Source: Candidatus Eiseniibacteriota bacterium
GTDB lineage: Bacteria > Eisenbacteria > RBG-16-71-46
NCBI GenBank assembly: GCA_963717505.1
Contig: OY970342.1
Coordinates: 2,496,001-2,560,000 of the forward strand
DNA length: 64,000 nt
Reading direction: 5' to 3'
This document shows, one piece after another, positions 9,508-19,364 of this stretch. The notes under the pieces are model-generated. The model ran no database searches and had not been told where the DNA came from. It worked only from the letters and a program-made list of their open reading frames with translations. The first letter of the stretch is position 1; each line of letters opens with the position of its first letter. A program made the position numbers and the translations under genes.

Positions 9508-10136
9508 CAGCCCCTCCACGTGCGGCGCACTTCGCCGCTTCTGGCATCCACCACCACGAACAACGGCGGCACGCCGGCCGCGGCGTAGACCAGAGTCCAG
9601 GTCGCGCGGTCGGGGTCGTCGTCGTGAAACGCGCCGCGCATCAGCAGCATCGTGCGCAGCTCGCCTCCGTGCTTGGTCCGGAACTTCCCGGCGGCATCGT
9701 TTTCCGCCGCCGCGATCGCAGCACCGCTGTCGATCCAGTCGCTCGGGACCGGCGGCGCTTCGAACTTCATCTCGAGGTTCTCGGCGACCAGGATCTTGTC
9801 GTTGCGGATCGAGTACGCGCGCGAAGCCCCCAGGGACGGCGAATGGAACAGATAGCCCCAGCGCACGGACGCGCCCTGTCCGTCGACCGGTTCGTCGTTC
9901 TCGACGTACACCAGCACGGCGTCGGCCGCCCACGACTGCGCGGCGGCGGTCGCCAGGTCGAGCCCGTGGCGCGCGGCGAACGGCGGCGGCGGGGCCGCCG
10001 AGACCGAACCGATCCACAACAGCAGCAACAGCGCCGCGATTCCGGCGCGGCACAAGGCCACGGGCGCCCACAGCCACGCGATGCGGGCGGGCACCCGGGG
10101 GCGCCAGCGACCGGGGAATCCTCGGTGAACGGTCAT
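9507..10136 (-). CDS. Secreted protein with PepSY-like folds
   Basis: RBS AGGAG, signal peptide, two internal repeats, C-terminal WTLVY...VVVDARSGEV PepSY-like motif. Confidence 0.55.
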   Translation of the reverse strand: MTVHRGFPGRWRPRVPARIAWLWAPVALCRAGIAALLLLLWIGSVSAAPPPPFAARHGLDLATAAAQSWAADAVLVYVENDEPVDGQGASVRWGYLFHSPSLGASRAYSIRNDKILVAENLEMKFEAPPVPSDWIDSGAAIAAAENDAAGKFRTKHGGELRTMLLMRGAFHDDDPDRATWTLVYAAAGVPPLFVVVDARSGEVRRTWRG

Positions 10137-10146
10137 CGGATGGCTC

Positions 10147-11068
10147 CTAGAAGAGGAACGAGGTGCCGAGGGTGAACTCGATGTTGTTGTTGGTGCGGCG
10201 TGCGGCATCGGAGCCGAACTCGAAGACGTAGTCGCGGACTTCCCAGCGCATGGCGGTCTTCCTGGACAGGAACAATGCGGTGCCGGCGCCGAAGTTGAAG
10301 CTCGATTCGGTGTCGCCCTGCATGATCGAGGAGCCGACGCCGCCGACCAGGTAGGGGACCATCTGGCGTCCGGGCAGCACCTCGATGATCACGTCCAGGT
10401 GGTAGAACAGCATGTGGAAGTCCTCGGCCTCGAGCGACAGGCCGAACAGCGACTCGACGATCTCGGCCGGACGCTGGATGTGCGTCCACGCGCCGCCGGC
10501 TTCGACCTGGATCCGGTCGAACACGTAGTAGCCGAGCGCGTCCGCCGAGGACGAGCGAGTTCGACTTGCGGTCGAACGCGTAGGCGCCGCCGTAGCCGCT
10601 GAGGATGAACGTGCCGGTGCGCGAGTAGAGCCGGGGATTCGGCTGGAACTTGAGGTCCGACAGGTCGTCGAACTCCTCGCACAGCGACGCGTGGATCCAG
10701 CCGGTCTCGCTCTCGGAGATCTGGACGTTGTACCAGTCGTCGCTCTTCGCGAGCACCGGAAAGTCCGAGCCCTTCTTGAACACACCGACGATCGCGTAGG
10801 CGTCGCCGGGGCCGGCGCGCATCACGTTGCGCGCGGCCTCGTTCAGCCGGACCATGCGGCGTGACGTCATCCGCTCGTTCATGGTCGCGGCGATCGACGT
10901 CGATCCCACCCGGACGGTGTCCGTGGGCGAGGCGGAGTCGAGGCCGTTCGCGGCGACCGAATCGACCGGCGCCGGATCCTCCAACTGGGCGTACGCCATG
11001 CTCGGCGCGGCCAGGGCCGCAACGACGAGCCAGGCCCACGCGGCGCGTACCGAAATCGATCGCATCAT
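10147..11068 (-). CDS. SH3 domain + outer-membrane beta-barrel protein (frameshifted near 10545-10565)
   Basis: ORF 10133..11149 gives signal peptide and bacterial SH3 (NVMRAGPGDAY...WYNVQISESETGWI); ORF 10147..10785 continues with barrel strands (PYLVGGVG, FNFGAG, RWEVRDY) ending in TSFLF. Confidence 0.75.
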
Positions 11069-11081
11069 CGGGACGTCCCTT

Positions 11082-11762
11082 TCACCAGGACCCGCGGAGC
11101 CAGGCCAGCTCCAGACGGGCGTTCCATTCGCCAAACGATTCGCGTTCACGCACGACCGTGCCGCCGCTCTGGTGGGCGGTGTCGAGCGCGAACACGCGAT
11201 GGTCCACTTCCAAGCCCAGCGCCCACGCGGGGCCGATCGACCTGCGCACGGCGAGTCCGCCGCCGCCGATCCACTCGGTGACCGGATCGAACGCGACCTC
11301 GATCGGCGTTCCGCCCGCGTCGAGCGTCACGTGATCGGGGCTCCACCCCAGGTGAATCAGTCCGGTGCTGGCGATGGCGGCGACCTCGGTGCCCCACAGG
11401 GTGCCGAGTCGCGCACGCCCGACGACTTCGCCGGTGGTCGAGCGCACGGTCGGGGACGGAGCGCTGGCGCCCAGATCCTGCGTGGTCGCTCCACTCCACA
11501 GACGAAGTCCGGCCGACCAGCGCGCAGCACCCGCGAGCGCCTGAATGCCCCACGCGGCGCGGGGCTCCGCATTCCACTGGTAGTTCGAAAGCGAGGCGGC
11601 GGGCACCCACGTGCCGGCGAGTACCCCGACCGACAGCCAGCGTCCGCCCTGCGGCCCGGCGTCGGCGTCACACGCCGTCGCCGCGTGCAGCATCACCGCG
11701 GCCGCCAGTGCGGCGGCCGTGCTTGCCACGCGAGCCCGCGTCGCATCCCTGCGAGCGCCCAT
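11082..11762 (-). CDS. Putative outer-membrane beta-barrel protein
   Basis: Signal-like N-terminus, alternating amphipathic strands, C-terminal NARLELAW. Confidence 0.5.
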   Translation of the reverse strand: MGARRDATRARVASTAAALAAAVMLHAATACDADAGPQGGRWLSVGVLAGTWVPAASLSNYQWNAEPRAAWGIQALAGAARWSAGLRLWSGATTQDLGASAPSPTVRSTTGEVVGRARLGTLWGTEVAAIASTGLIHLGWSPDHVTLDAGGTPIEVAFDPVTEWIGGGGLAVRRSIGPAWALGLEVDHRVFALDTAHQSGGTVVRERESFGEWNARLELAWLRGSW

Positions 11763-11763
11763 G

Positions 11764-12405
11764 TCAGGGGCCCACACTCAATTCGAGCCCGACCGGCAGG
11801 ATCTCGTACTGGGCCGAGGGGAACGGCGTCACGATCAGCGAGTCCTGGCCGTTCTGCAGTTCGACCTCTTCGCCCGACCCGAGATAGCAGACGAGGAACA
11901 ATCCGGCTGGCGGCGCACCCGAGGTGTCCATCGGCGCCGATCCGGTGAACGCCAGATCGATGTGCTGGATCAGGTGGTCCCAGCCGGTGACCGCGCGGGT
12001 GGCGCGTCCGACCGAGACCGAGTTGGCCAGCAGGCTGTCGATGTTCGCGGCCATCAGCTCGCGCGGGGCATCGGGGTGCAAGGTCACCTGGGCGGGCGTG
12101 ATCGTGCTGCTCGCCCGCACCTCGGCGATCACGAATCCGGTGAGGATCGACCGATAGGTGATCGCGGCCCGCACGTTGATCGGCAGGCTGCCGCCGGCCG
12201 GCACGATCTGCCCGGGCGTCACGTTCGACGCCGCGAAGTCGAGACGCGTCCAACGGTCCTCGATCTCCGGCTCGTCGAACGCTTCGCACCCCGCGAGCAG
12301 AACGGCGGCGAGCACGACCGACACCCGGAGCGCCCCGCGCAGTCGAGGTCCGGGACGGCCGGCGCTCGCGCGCCGGCCCCCGTGACGGAGTGGAGTGTGC
12401 ATCAT
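11764..12405 (-). CDS. Hypothetical lipoprotein
   Basis: ATG overlaps the upstream TGA; lipobox VLLAGC; beta-rich mature region. Confidence 0.65.
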   Translation of the reverse strand: MMHTPLRHGGRRASAGRPGPRLRGALRVSVVLAAVLLAGCEAFDEPEIEDRWTRLDFAASNVTPGQIVPAGGSLPINVRAAITYRSILTGFVIAEVRASSTITPAQVTLHPDAPRELMAANIDSLLANSVSVGRATRAVTGWDHLIQHIDLAFTGSAPMDTSGAPPAGLFLVCYLGSGEEVELQNGQDSLIVTPFPSAQYEILPVGLELSVGP

Positions 12406-14053
12406 CAATTGACGACCACCAGGCGCTGCATCTGGCGGACCGCATCGGCATTCAGGCGCAGGAAGTAGACGCCCGCTGCGGCACGTGCGCCCTTCTGATT
12501 GCGACCATCCCAAATGACCTCGTGGAGTCCGGCCCCGAACGTGCCGTCGAAGCTCTTCACGCGACGGCCGAGAGCGTCGTAGATGCCGAGCGAGACTTCG
12601 CGGTCGCCGCCCGCCGGCAACACGAACGCGATGCGGGTCGAGGCGAACACCGGGTTGGGCGTGATGCCGACCAGCATCGGCCGGGCCGGCAGAATCGAAG
12701 CATCGCCTCCGCGCAGAGCGGTCTGGGCGGTCGCGACCGGGCCCCCTTCGTAGGCCGAGGCCACGGCGACGCGAAGCAGGACGTCCGGCGAACCGGCGGC
12801 CGCCGCCAGCTCGGCATTGCCGATCGTGAGCGCATGATTGCCGGCCGGGAGCGAGCCTGCCGACTGCTGCGCCAGCGAACGGCCGCTGCGGGTGTCGACC
12901 AGCTCGAGCGTGACGTCCGCCTGGTCGGTCAACAGGAAGCTCGCGACCGGGGCAGCGCCACCGTGGACCGCGAGGTTCTGGACTTCGACGCCCAGGCCCC
13001 ACAGGCGCATGCCGCTGCCGTCGGTCCACTGATCGACCGAGACGCCGCTCGGCGAGCCGACGCGCTCCATCCGCCGGCGCCGCGATGGTCGCGTACGTTG
13101 CGGAACGGCACGTGGAAGGCGCGCGGACGCGCCAGGTCGCCCTTGAGCTCGGCCACCGGAGTCAGGTCGGGCGCGAACTTGCGCACGACGCCCTGATTCG
13201 GAGCCGCCGCGTAGAGGTTGCCCCACTGGTCGGTGTCGAGCGACGTCACGACGTCGGCGTCGTGCTGCACGTCGTCGACCCACGCGAAGCTGCCGGCCGA
13301 TGACGCAGGTGCACGATACGGCGCGTGTGAGCGTCGGCGACATAGACGTCGCGGCGTGTTCGCGCCGTCCGTGCGTCCGACGGCGATCGCCATCGGACCG
13401 GCGAAGCGGCCACGGCCGCTGCCCAGCTCGCCGATCGCGGCGACGCGGCGCGCGCCATTCGTGGTCAGCGCGTACGCGACCACGCGATTGCCGCCGGTGT
13501 CGGCGACGTAGAGGACGTCGTCGCCGGGGACGAACGGCGTGCCGCCGTCGGAGAACGCCACGTCGTGCGGCTCGTGTAGGCCGGCGATCTCGAAGCTCGG
13601 CGCCAGGTCCATGTCGCCGAACTCGGTCCGAGCGTCGAGCACCAGGACGCGGTCGTTGCCGGCGTCGGCGACGTACACGCGGTCGTTCTCGTCCACCGCC
13701 AGTGCCGCGCGGGTTCCTGAGCGCCCCGAACGGACGGCCCTGGCCGTCGATACGCGCGGAGGCTGCGGCCGACCTCGCCGAACACCAGACGGTTCCAGCG
13801 CGGATCGGAGACGACCTGGAAGGTCCGCGACTCGACGTAGGGGAACACGTCGTAGACGTCGACGTTCTCGATGCGTCACCGTCGCGTAGGGATTCGCGAA
13901 CAGGTCGCGACCCAGCTGCTCACGCGCCACGCCCCGGGTCAGGGCGTCGAGGCCGAGCTCGGGTGCGATCGCGCGATCGATCGAACGTCCCCGCACCCAG
14001 CGGCGAGCCGCGACCAGGGCCAGGGTCAGTGTCAGCAGGATGGGTCGTCGCAC
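12405..14053 (-). CDS. NHL-repeat beta-propeller protein with C-terminal FlgD-Ig/T9SS-like sorting domain (multiple frameshifts)
   Basis: GTG 14053 with RBS GAGGAG; NHL motifs (YVADAGNDRV, YVADTGGNRV, GRFAGPMAIAV, YVADAHTRRI) spread over several frames; tail PNPVF...IYDALGRRVK...WDGRNQKG..AAGVYFLRL. Confidence 0.75.
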
Positions 14054-14084
14054 AGGATGCTCCTCTCGCGAGATGCCGCGACCC

Positions 14085-15227
14085 TCAGAACCGGAAACCG
14101 ATCCCGGTTTCGAGGATGTTCGCCGAGTAGTTGTTGCTGTTGAAGTAGCGCTCGTCGTTGAGCCACAGCGCTGAAGCGGCCGCAACGTCGGATGGTCGGC
14201 CGAGATGCCGTCGAGGTCGAGATTCAGAGCGACGCCGAACAGGTGCGACGACAGCGTCCGCCATGCGGTAGTCACCGGTCCGGTAGCCGTCGATGCCGTT
14301 CGCGTCGGTGTATTCGTCGCGGTAGAAGTCGGCCGCGCGTCTGCGTGTACCAGCGGTACTCGTAGCGCGCGAACACGCCGTGCGTGACGTACTGGCTGAG
14401 CTTGGTGCCGACCTCGTGCGAGTCGATGCCCCAGTCGTCGTTGTAGAGGCGGTAGTGGAGCTTCAGGCTCGAGCGGTTCGGCAGGTACTGGTTGAGCTTC
14501 GACGAACGCGTCGCGGCGCTGGCGCTGGTCCGGGTGGCGCTCCGGCACGTTGGTGCCGCCGGCGTAGACGTTGCGATACGGGTTGTGCTGCAGGCCGTCG
14601 ACCAGGTTGTACTCGACGCCGACGCGCATCATGGTGCGTCGGCGTCAGCACCTGGGTCGCGACCGCGTTCCAGTGGAGCGTGGTCTTGGTGTCCGCGTCG
14701 GTCTGGGTGTCGTCGTCGGCCAGCGGATCGATCGCGTCCCAGCCGTAGCTGGTGCCCACCGACAGGTTGAGCTGCGAGTCCATGAAGGTCGCGGTGTAAC
14801 GGGCGCCGAGCTGCTGGGCCAGGTAGTCGGTCTCGCTCGAGAAGTAGTAGTCGACCGACGCGTGGCCGCGGCTCAACTCGCCCTGCGAACTCGTTGCGGA
14901 TCTTGACGAAGTCCTGTAGGCGTTGCCCGAGATCGGGCGGCTCGCGGTGGTGATCGCGTCCACCGCCTCCGGGCTGCCGACCGGAGCGTCGATCGCGGGG
15001 ATCATCACGCGCTCGTTGTTCCAGTGGAAGTTGAGTCCGAGATCGCTGCGCAGCTTGAACGCGTAGTCGCCGAGGAACGATCGCACCGACACCTGGTCGG
15101 AGTCGGTGAACAGGCGCAGCATGGACCCCAGGTTCTGGTCCTCGAGCTCCATCATCGAGCCCGAGGCCGGAGCCGCGGCGGCGCAAAGTCCGAGTGCGAG
15201 CGCCACGATGCCGCACCTCAGTTGCAC
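14085..15227 (-). CDS. DUF3570 family outer-membrane beta-barrel (multiple frameshifts)
   Basis: GTG-CAA-CTG (MQL) start overlapping the DUF4266 stop; VDAITTAS, SSETDY, GLQHNPYR, PERHPD segments across frames; ends ETGIGFRF with C-terminal Phe. Confidence 0.8.
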
Positions 15228-15478
15228 GCGCAGCCCCCGCCGGCGCCGCCGTTGCCGCCGGTCGAGCCCTCGCGGGCCTCGAGCGACTTGGTGAGGCGCG
15301 CGTCCTTGCGGGCTTCTGCGTCGAACGACATGATGCGATCGGTCAGGCGTTCGCGCTGATAGGCGCTCACCGCCCCGCAACCGGTCACCAGGAAATGCAG
15401 GGCGACGATCAGGGCCAGCGCGAACAGGCGGAGCGCGAAGCCCGAAGCCGTGGTCGCCGCCGGGAACGTGCGTTTCAT
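15218..15478 (-). CDS. DUF4266 family lipoprotein
   Basis: Lipobox VTGC; VSAYQRERL...REGSTGGNGGAGGGCACN terminal signature. Confidence 0.88.
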   Translation of the reverse strand: MKRTFPAATTASGFALRLFALALIVALHFLVTGCGAVSAYQRERLTDRIMSFDAEARKDARLTKSLEAREGSTGGNGGAGGGCACN

Positions 15479-16038
15479 GGCGCGTCTCCTTCCGTGGCGC
15501 GCGTCGCCATCGGCGGACGCGCCAGCTCCTGTTTGGTCACCTGGCGCAGCGCGGCCAGCGACGCGGCGTCCGAGCCGGACGTGGCATGCACGACGTCGCC
15601 GCTGCGATCGAGGACGACGGTGTACGGAACGTGCTGCAGGTCGAGCGTGCGGGCCAGCCCGTCGGGCCCGTCGTGATAGACCGGGAGCGACAGGTGGTAG
15701 CGCCGCAGAAGCGCTTGACGTTGCGCGCGTCGTGGTCGATGGAGACCGCCAGCACGCGGCCGCCCTGCTTGGCGATCTCGGCATGGAGCGCGTCGAGCTC
15801 GGGCAGCTCGCGCCGGCAGGGCGCGCACCAGGTCGCCCAGAAGTTGATGACCACGACCTCGCCCTCGAGTGAGGCCATCGGCACGCGGGTGCCGTCGAGG
15901 GCTACGCAATTCGTGCCCGGCGAGCGCGGCGCGCGTCCGCGTCCTGGCCGGCGCCTGCGGCACCCGCAGCGTGCCGCCGCCACCAGCAGTGCGGCGAGTG
16001 CCGAGCAGCGCAGGGCTCATGGCTCGAATCCGGTTCAC
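15475..16038 (-). CDS. TlpA family thiol-disulfide reductase (frameshifted)
   Basis: VVVINFWATWCAPCRRELP, LAVSID, then VPYTVVLDRSG in another frame; GTG start with RBS GGAG. Confidence 0.85.
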   Translation of the reverse strand: MNRIRAMSPALLGTRRTAGGGGTLRVPQAPARTRTRAALAGHELRSPRRHPRADGLTRGRGRGHQLLGDLVRALPARAARARRAPCRDRQAGRPRAGGLHRPRRAQRQALLRRYHLSLPVYHDGPDGLARTLDLQHVPYTVVLDRSGDVVHATSGSDAASLAALRQVTKQELARPPMATRATEGDAP

Positions 16039-16049
16039 GCCCGACTCCT

Positions 16050-18055
16050 CTACTTGTACTGGGCGCCGAGCAGCACCCAGAGGTTGAAGTCGGCGCGTTC
16101 TCGCTCGGTCAGCGCGGGCGCCGTCGGATGCGAACCCATGCCGGCACGCGAGCCGAGGCCGAGGACGTAGTCGATCAGGCGCGACCGGCGCGGGAACGCC
16201 GGCGTCACTTCCTGGTTCTGCATGCTCATCGACTCGCCCGACAGGTTGATGTAGCCGCGCGGGAAGATGCGGTCCTCCATCGTCGTGTCCGGCACGGCGG
16301 TCAGGTCGAGGTTGCCCGCGGCCGCGGTCGTGTCGGTGCCCACGATGGTCGGCTGGTGACAGCTGACGCACTTGTTGGCCACGATCGGACCGATCGTCGA
16401 TTCGTAGTTGATGATCCTGCCAGCTGCGACGCGGGCAGGTTGAGGTCGTGCGCCGGGACCATCGCCGCCATCGGGTTCGGATTGGTCACCACCGGGCCGC
16501 CGGCCGCACGGTCCTCGTGACAGCCGACGCACTTGTCGAACTCCTCGCCGGGCGCACGAAGAGGTGGGTGCGCTTGACGACGAAGCCGCGGCTCAGGTTG
16601 TCGAGCGTGGCGAAGCTGATCGGCGTGTTGGCCGGCACCTTGATGCGGAACGAGCCGTCGGACTGGACCGGCGCGATGCCGATCAGCGCGCGCTTCTCGA
16701 ACTCGTTGGCCGAGAAGTCGTTCATCTCACCGGGCCTGGTCGGACGCGCGGCGATGACGGCGATGCTGTCGATCACGTCGATGCCTTCGATCGGACGCTC
16801 CTGCCCGTCGCTGGTGCCGCGGTTGAACACGTCCTGCGCCAGGAACACGCCGTAGGTCAGGCTCTGTGTTCAACGTCGAGGGAATGACCGGCGGCTTGGT
16901 CTGCGGCGCCAGCAGCTGCGCGTCGTACTCGTTGGCCGTCGGATCGTTGTAGAGGAAGGTCAGGTTGTCGAGCGTGAACGTCGCCGGGTCGCCCGCGCGC
17001 CGGCGCCGGTCTGGGTCAGCGTGAAGGTGTAGAGGCCGTAGTCGACATCGCCTTCGGTCGCCGCCGGCAGCGTGTACGACGCGACGAACTGGTTGCCGCC
17101 GATCGGGTGCGGATACTTGAACGCACCGTAGGGCCAGGGCTCGCCGTCGTTGTTGACCTGCGCGGTCACCACGTCCCAGTGCTGCGAGCTCGGGCCGTTG
17201 GCCGGGTCGGCCGGGCCTTCTTCGAGCTTGAGCACCGCGATCGGACCCGCGTCCTCCTCGATCATCGTCGACTCGATCGCGATCAGGCGGCCGTCGGGCG
17301 TCGGCGACGGCGTGGAAGAAGTTGCGGTCGTGCGGGCCGAACTCGTGGAACGTGCCCGAGCCGTCGGGGTTGGTGAAGAACAGCGGGAAGCGGTTCATCG
17401 TCCCGAAGTGCTCCCAGCGCGTGTAGACGATGCGGCCGTCGGGGAGCAGGGTCGGGTCGAAGTCGTCGCTCTGGTTGAAGCTGATGCGCTCGAGGTTGCC
17501 GCCGTCGGCGTCGCAGACGTAGCAGGTGCTCGGCGGGCGCGTGGTTGTACTCGTCCATCTCGTCGTCGCGCGAGCTGGTGAACATGATCCGGTCGTCCGG
17601 CAGGTAGAGCGGGTCGAAGTCGTGGCCGCCGCCGGTGGTGACCTGGCGCAGCCCGGTGCCGTCGGCGTTGATCTCGCAGATGTTCTTCCGGGAGCCCCGG
17701 ACGGGCGCATCGAGAACAGGATCTTCTTGCCGTCGAACGACACGCACGGGTCCGAGATGCTGGCGCCGGCGAAGTTGGTGATCGGCGTGACCACGCCGTC
17801 CGGCGAGATCGGCGAGAGCTTGTACAGGTTGCTCGGCGCCCAGGTGCGATTGAGCGTCTCCTCGGCGTCGGTCTTGACGAACACCAGCGCCTCGGTGGTC
17901 GGCTCGTCCTGGATCAGGTCGTCAGGCGCGCTGTCGCGACAGCCGGCAAAGCCGGTCGTCAGCAATCCGACGGCGGCCAACGCGGCGAGCATGGCCAGCG
18001 CGTGGAACGCGCGGAGTCGCCGCGAAGCGGGTGCGGTAGCAGGATGTCGGGTCAT
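16050..18055 (-). CDS. Hydrazine synthase alpha (HzsA)-like beta-propeller lipoprotein with two c-heme motifs (several frameshifts)
   Basis: Lipobox FAGC; DPCVSFDGKKILFSM, DFDPLYLPDDRIMFTSSR, DGRIVYTRWEH, FFTNPDGSG, APVQSDGSF..KVPANTPISF; CVGCH at 16517-16531 and CVSCH at 16356-16370. Confidence 0.8.
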
Positions 18056-18086
18056 GGCGTGCTGATGCCTCCGAGGGTGGTGCGGA

Positions 18087-18749
18087 TTACGGGGCGATCG
18101 TGCGGTAGAACGAAAGCCCGATCGTCTGCTGGAGGTATCGGATAAGCCACGATGCCCTCGCCGTTACTTTGCGAGCCGAACACCGTGGCATGGACGACCT
18201 CGGCGCGGAGCGCCAGGTCGTTTCGGATGAAGAACTCGAGTCCGCCGCCGGCCGTGAGTGCGTTCTTGGTCACCGGGTCGGCGTTCAACGCGAGCGGCCG
18301 GGGGAAACCATCATCATCCCGTAGCCGAGGCTGACGTACGGCTGAAAACGCCCTGGCAGCGGGTAGCGGACCAGCGCGCTCACCGAATGGAGCACCGCGT
18401 GCACCGACTGGCCCGGGTTGTGGCCGAGCGAGCCTTCGTAGCCGAGCCAGGAGTTTGGGTTGTACGCGAGCCGAAGGGTGAATAGCGCTTCGGAGCCGAG
18501 CGAGCCGTAGCCCGGCGTCAGCGAGAAGCGATGCAGATACGGCCGCGTTCCCGGCTCCAGCCGATACGGTTCCGTCGCGATATCGGGCACGAGAGCCTCG
18601 AGGCCGGCCCGAGTTCGCGCCACTTCCTTGACGGCGGTCTTCTCCTCCTCGGTCGCGTCGGCGTTCACGCCGCTCGAAGACGCCGCCAGCGACACGACCG
18701 CCCATGCGACCACCCGCCAGAGTGCGGAACGGCGCAGTTGGAGGTTCAT
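18087..18749 (-). CDS. Outer-membrane beta-barrel protein (frameshifted)
   Basis: Start MNLQLRR; signal peptide; strands LRLAYN, FQPYVSLGYG, GGGLEFFI, LALRAE, IGLSFY across frames. Confidence 0.65.
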
Positions 18750-19198
18750 GGCTCCACCCCCGCGAGGATCCAATCGAGGATGGCCTGGTAGCCGACGTCG
18801 GTGGTGTCCGCGAACGGCTTGGTCTGATGTGGTGTTCCGCCGGCGGCGAGCGCCAAAGGTTCGGTCAGGATCGGGCTCTGTTCCCGATCGGTCGCCAAGA
18901 CCTGAAGTGAGACCTGGTCGAAATCGAACTGCGGGTCCTTGTCTCCGACCGGCGACAGCTGCAGCGAGCCGCGGATGCCACCGCCGTGACAGTCGCCACC
19001 GGCATCGCAGCCATGGGCGGCCAGGATCGGCGCCACGTCCTGCTGGTATTGAGCAAAGCTCAACACCAGGCTGGTGCCGCCCCCGGGCGGCGCCGGCGGC
19101 GCCGTCGGTGAGCTGCAACCGTGCACGACGCCCGGCAGTGCGAGCAGCGTGACCGCGATCGATGCCATACGTCGCGGGGTCGGTTTCGTGTCCGCCAA
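18746..19198 (-). CDS. Small lipoprotein with atypical heme-binding motif CX5CH
   Basis: TTG 19198 behind RBS GAGAGGA; lipobox VHGC; DVAPILAAHGCDAGGDCHGGG, distal His (GTPH) and YQAILDWI, like planctomycete-type cytochrome c domains. Confidence 0.65.
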   Translation of the reverse strand: MADTKPTPRRMASIAVTLLALPGVVHGCSSPTAPPAPPGGGTSLVLSFAQYQQDVAPILAAHGCDAGGDCHGGGIRGSLQLSPVGDKDPQFDFDQVSLQVLATDREQSPILTEPLALAAGGTPHQTKPFADTTDVGYQAILDWILAGVEP

Positions 19199-19364
19199 TG
19201 CGTAGTCCTCTCCGAGCCGTGCGTCGTGCACGCGTCCCACGGTCAAATCGCGGTGCGGAAGCGATGCCCGGCTCGCATCTGCGAACCGGTTGCCGCCTAT
19301 CGCCTTGCGACTCCGTGGCGTCTCGTTCAGCGCTCCCCGTCGATGGGAAAGCGCCAGGGATCAC

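Noticed and set aside
16050-18055. Evidence of anammox metabolism from the HzsA-like gene
   Set aside because: No hzsB/C or hydrazine dehydrogenase is present; HzsA-like domains occur in non-anammox bacteria and the context here is an envelope operon.
10500-18400. Programmed frameshifting or selenocysteine readthrough as the cause of broken ORFs
   Set aside because: The breaks are numerous frame changes in both directions with no consistent slippery site; no in-frame TGA at Cys positions was seen.
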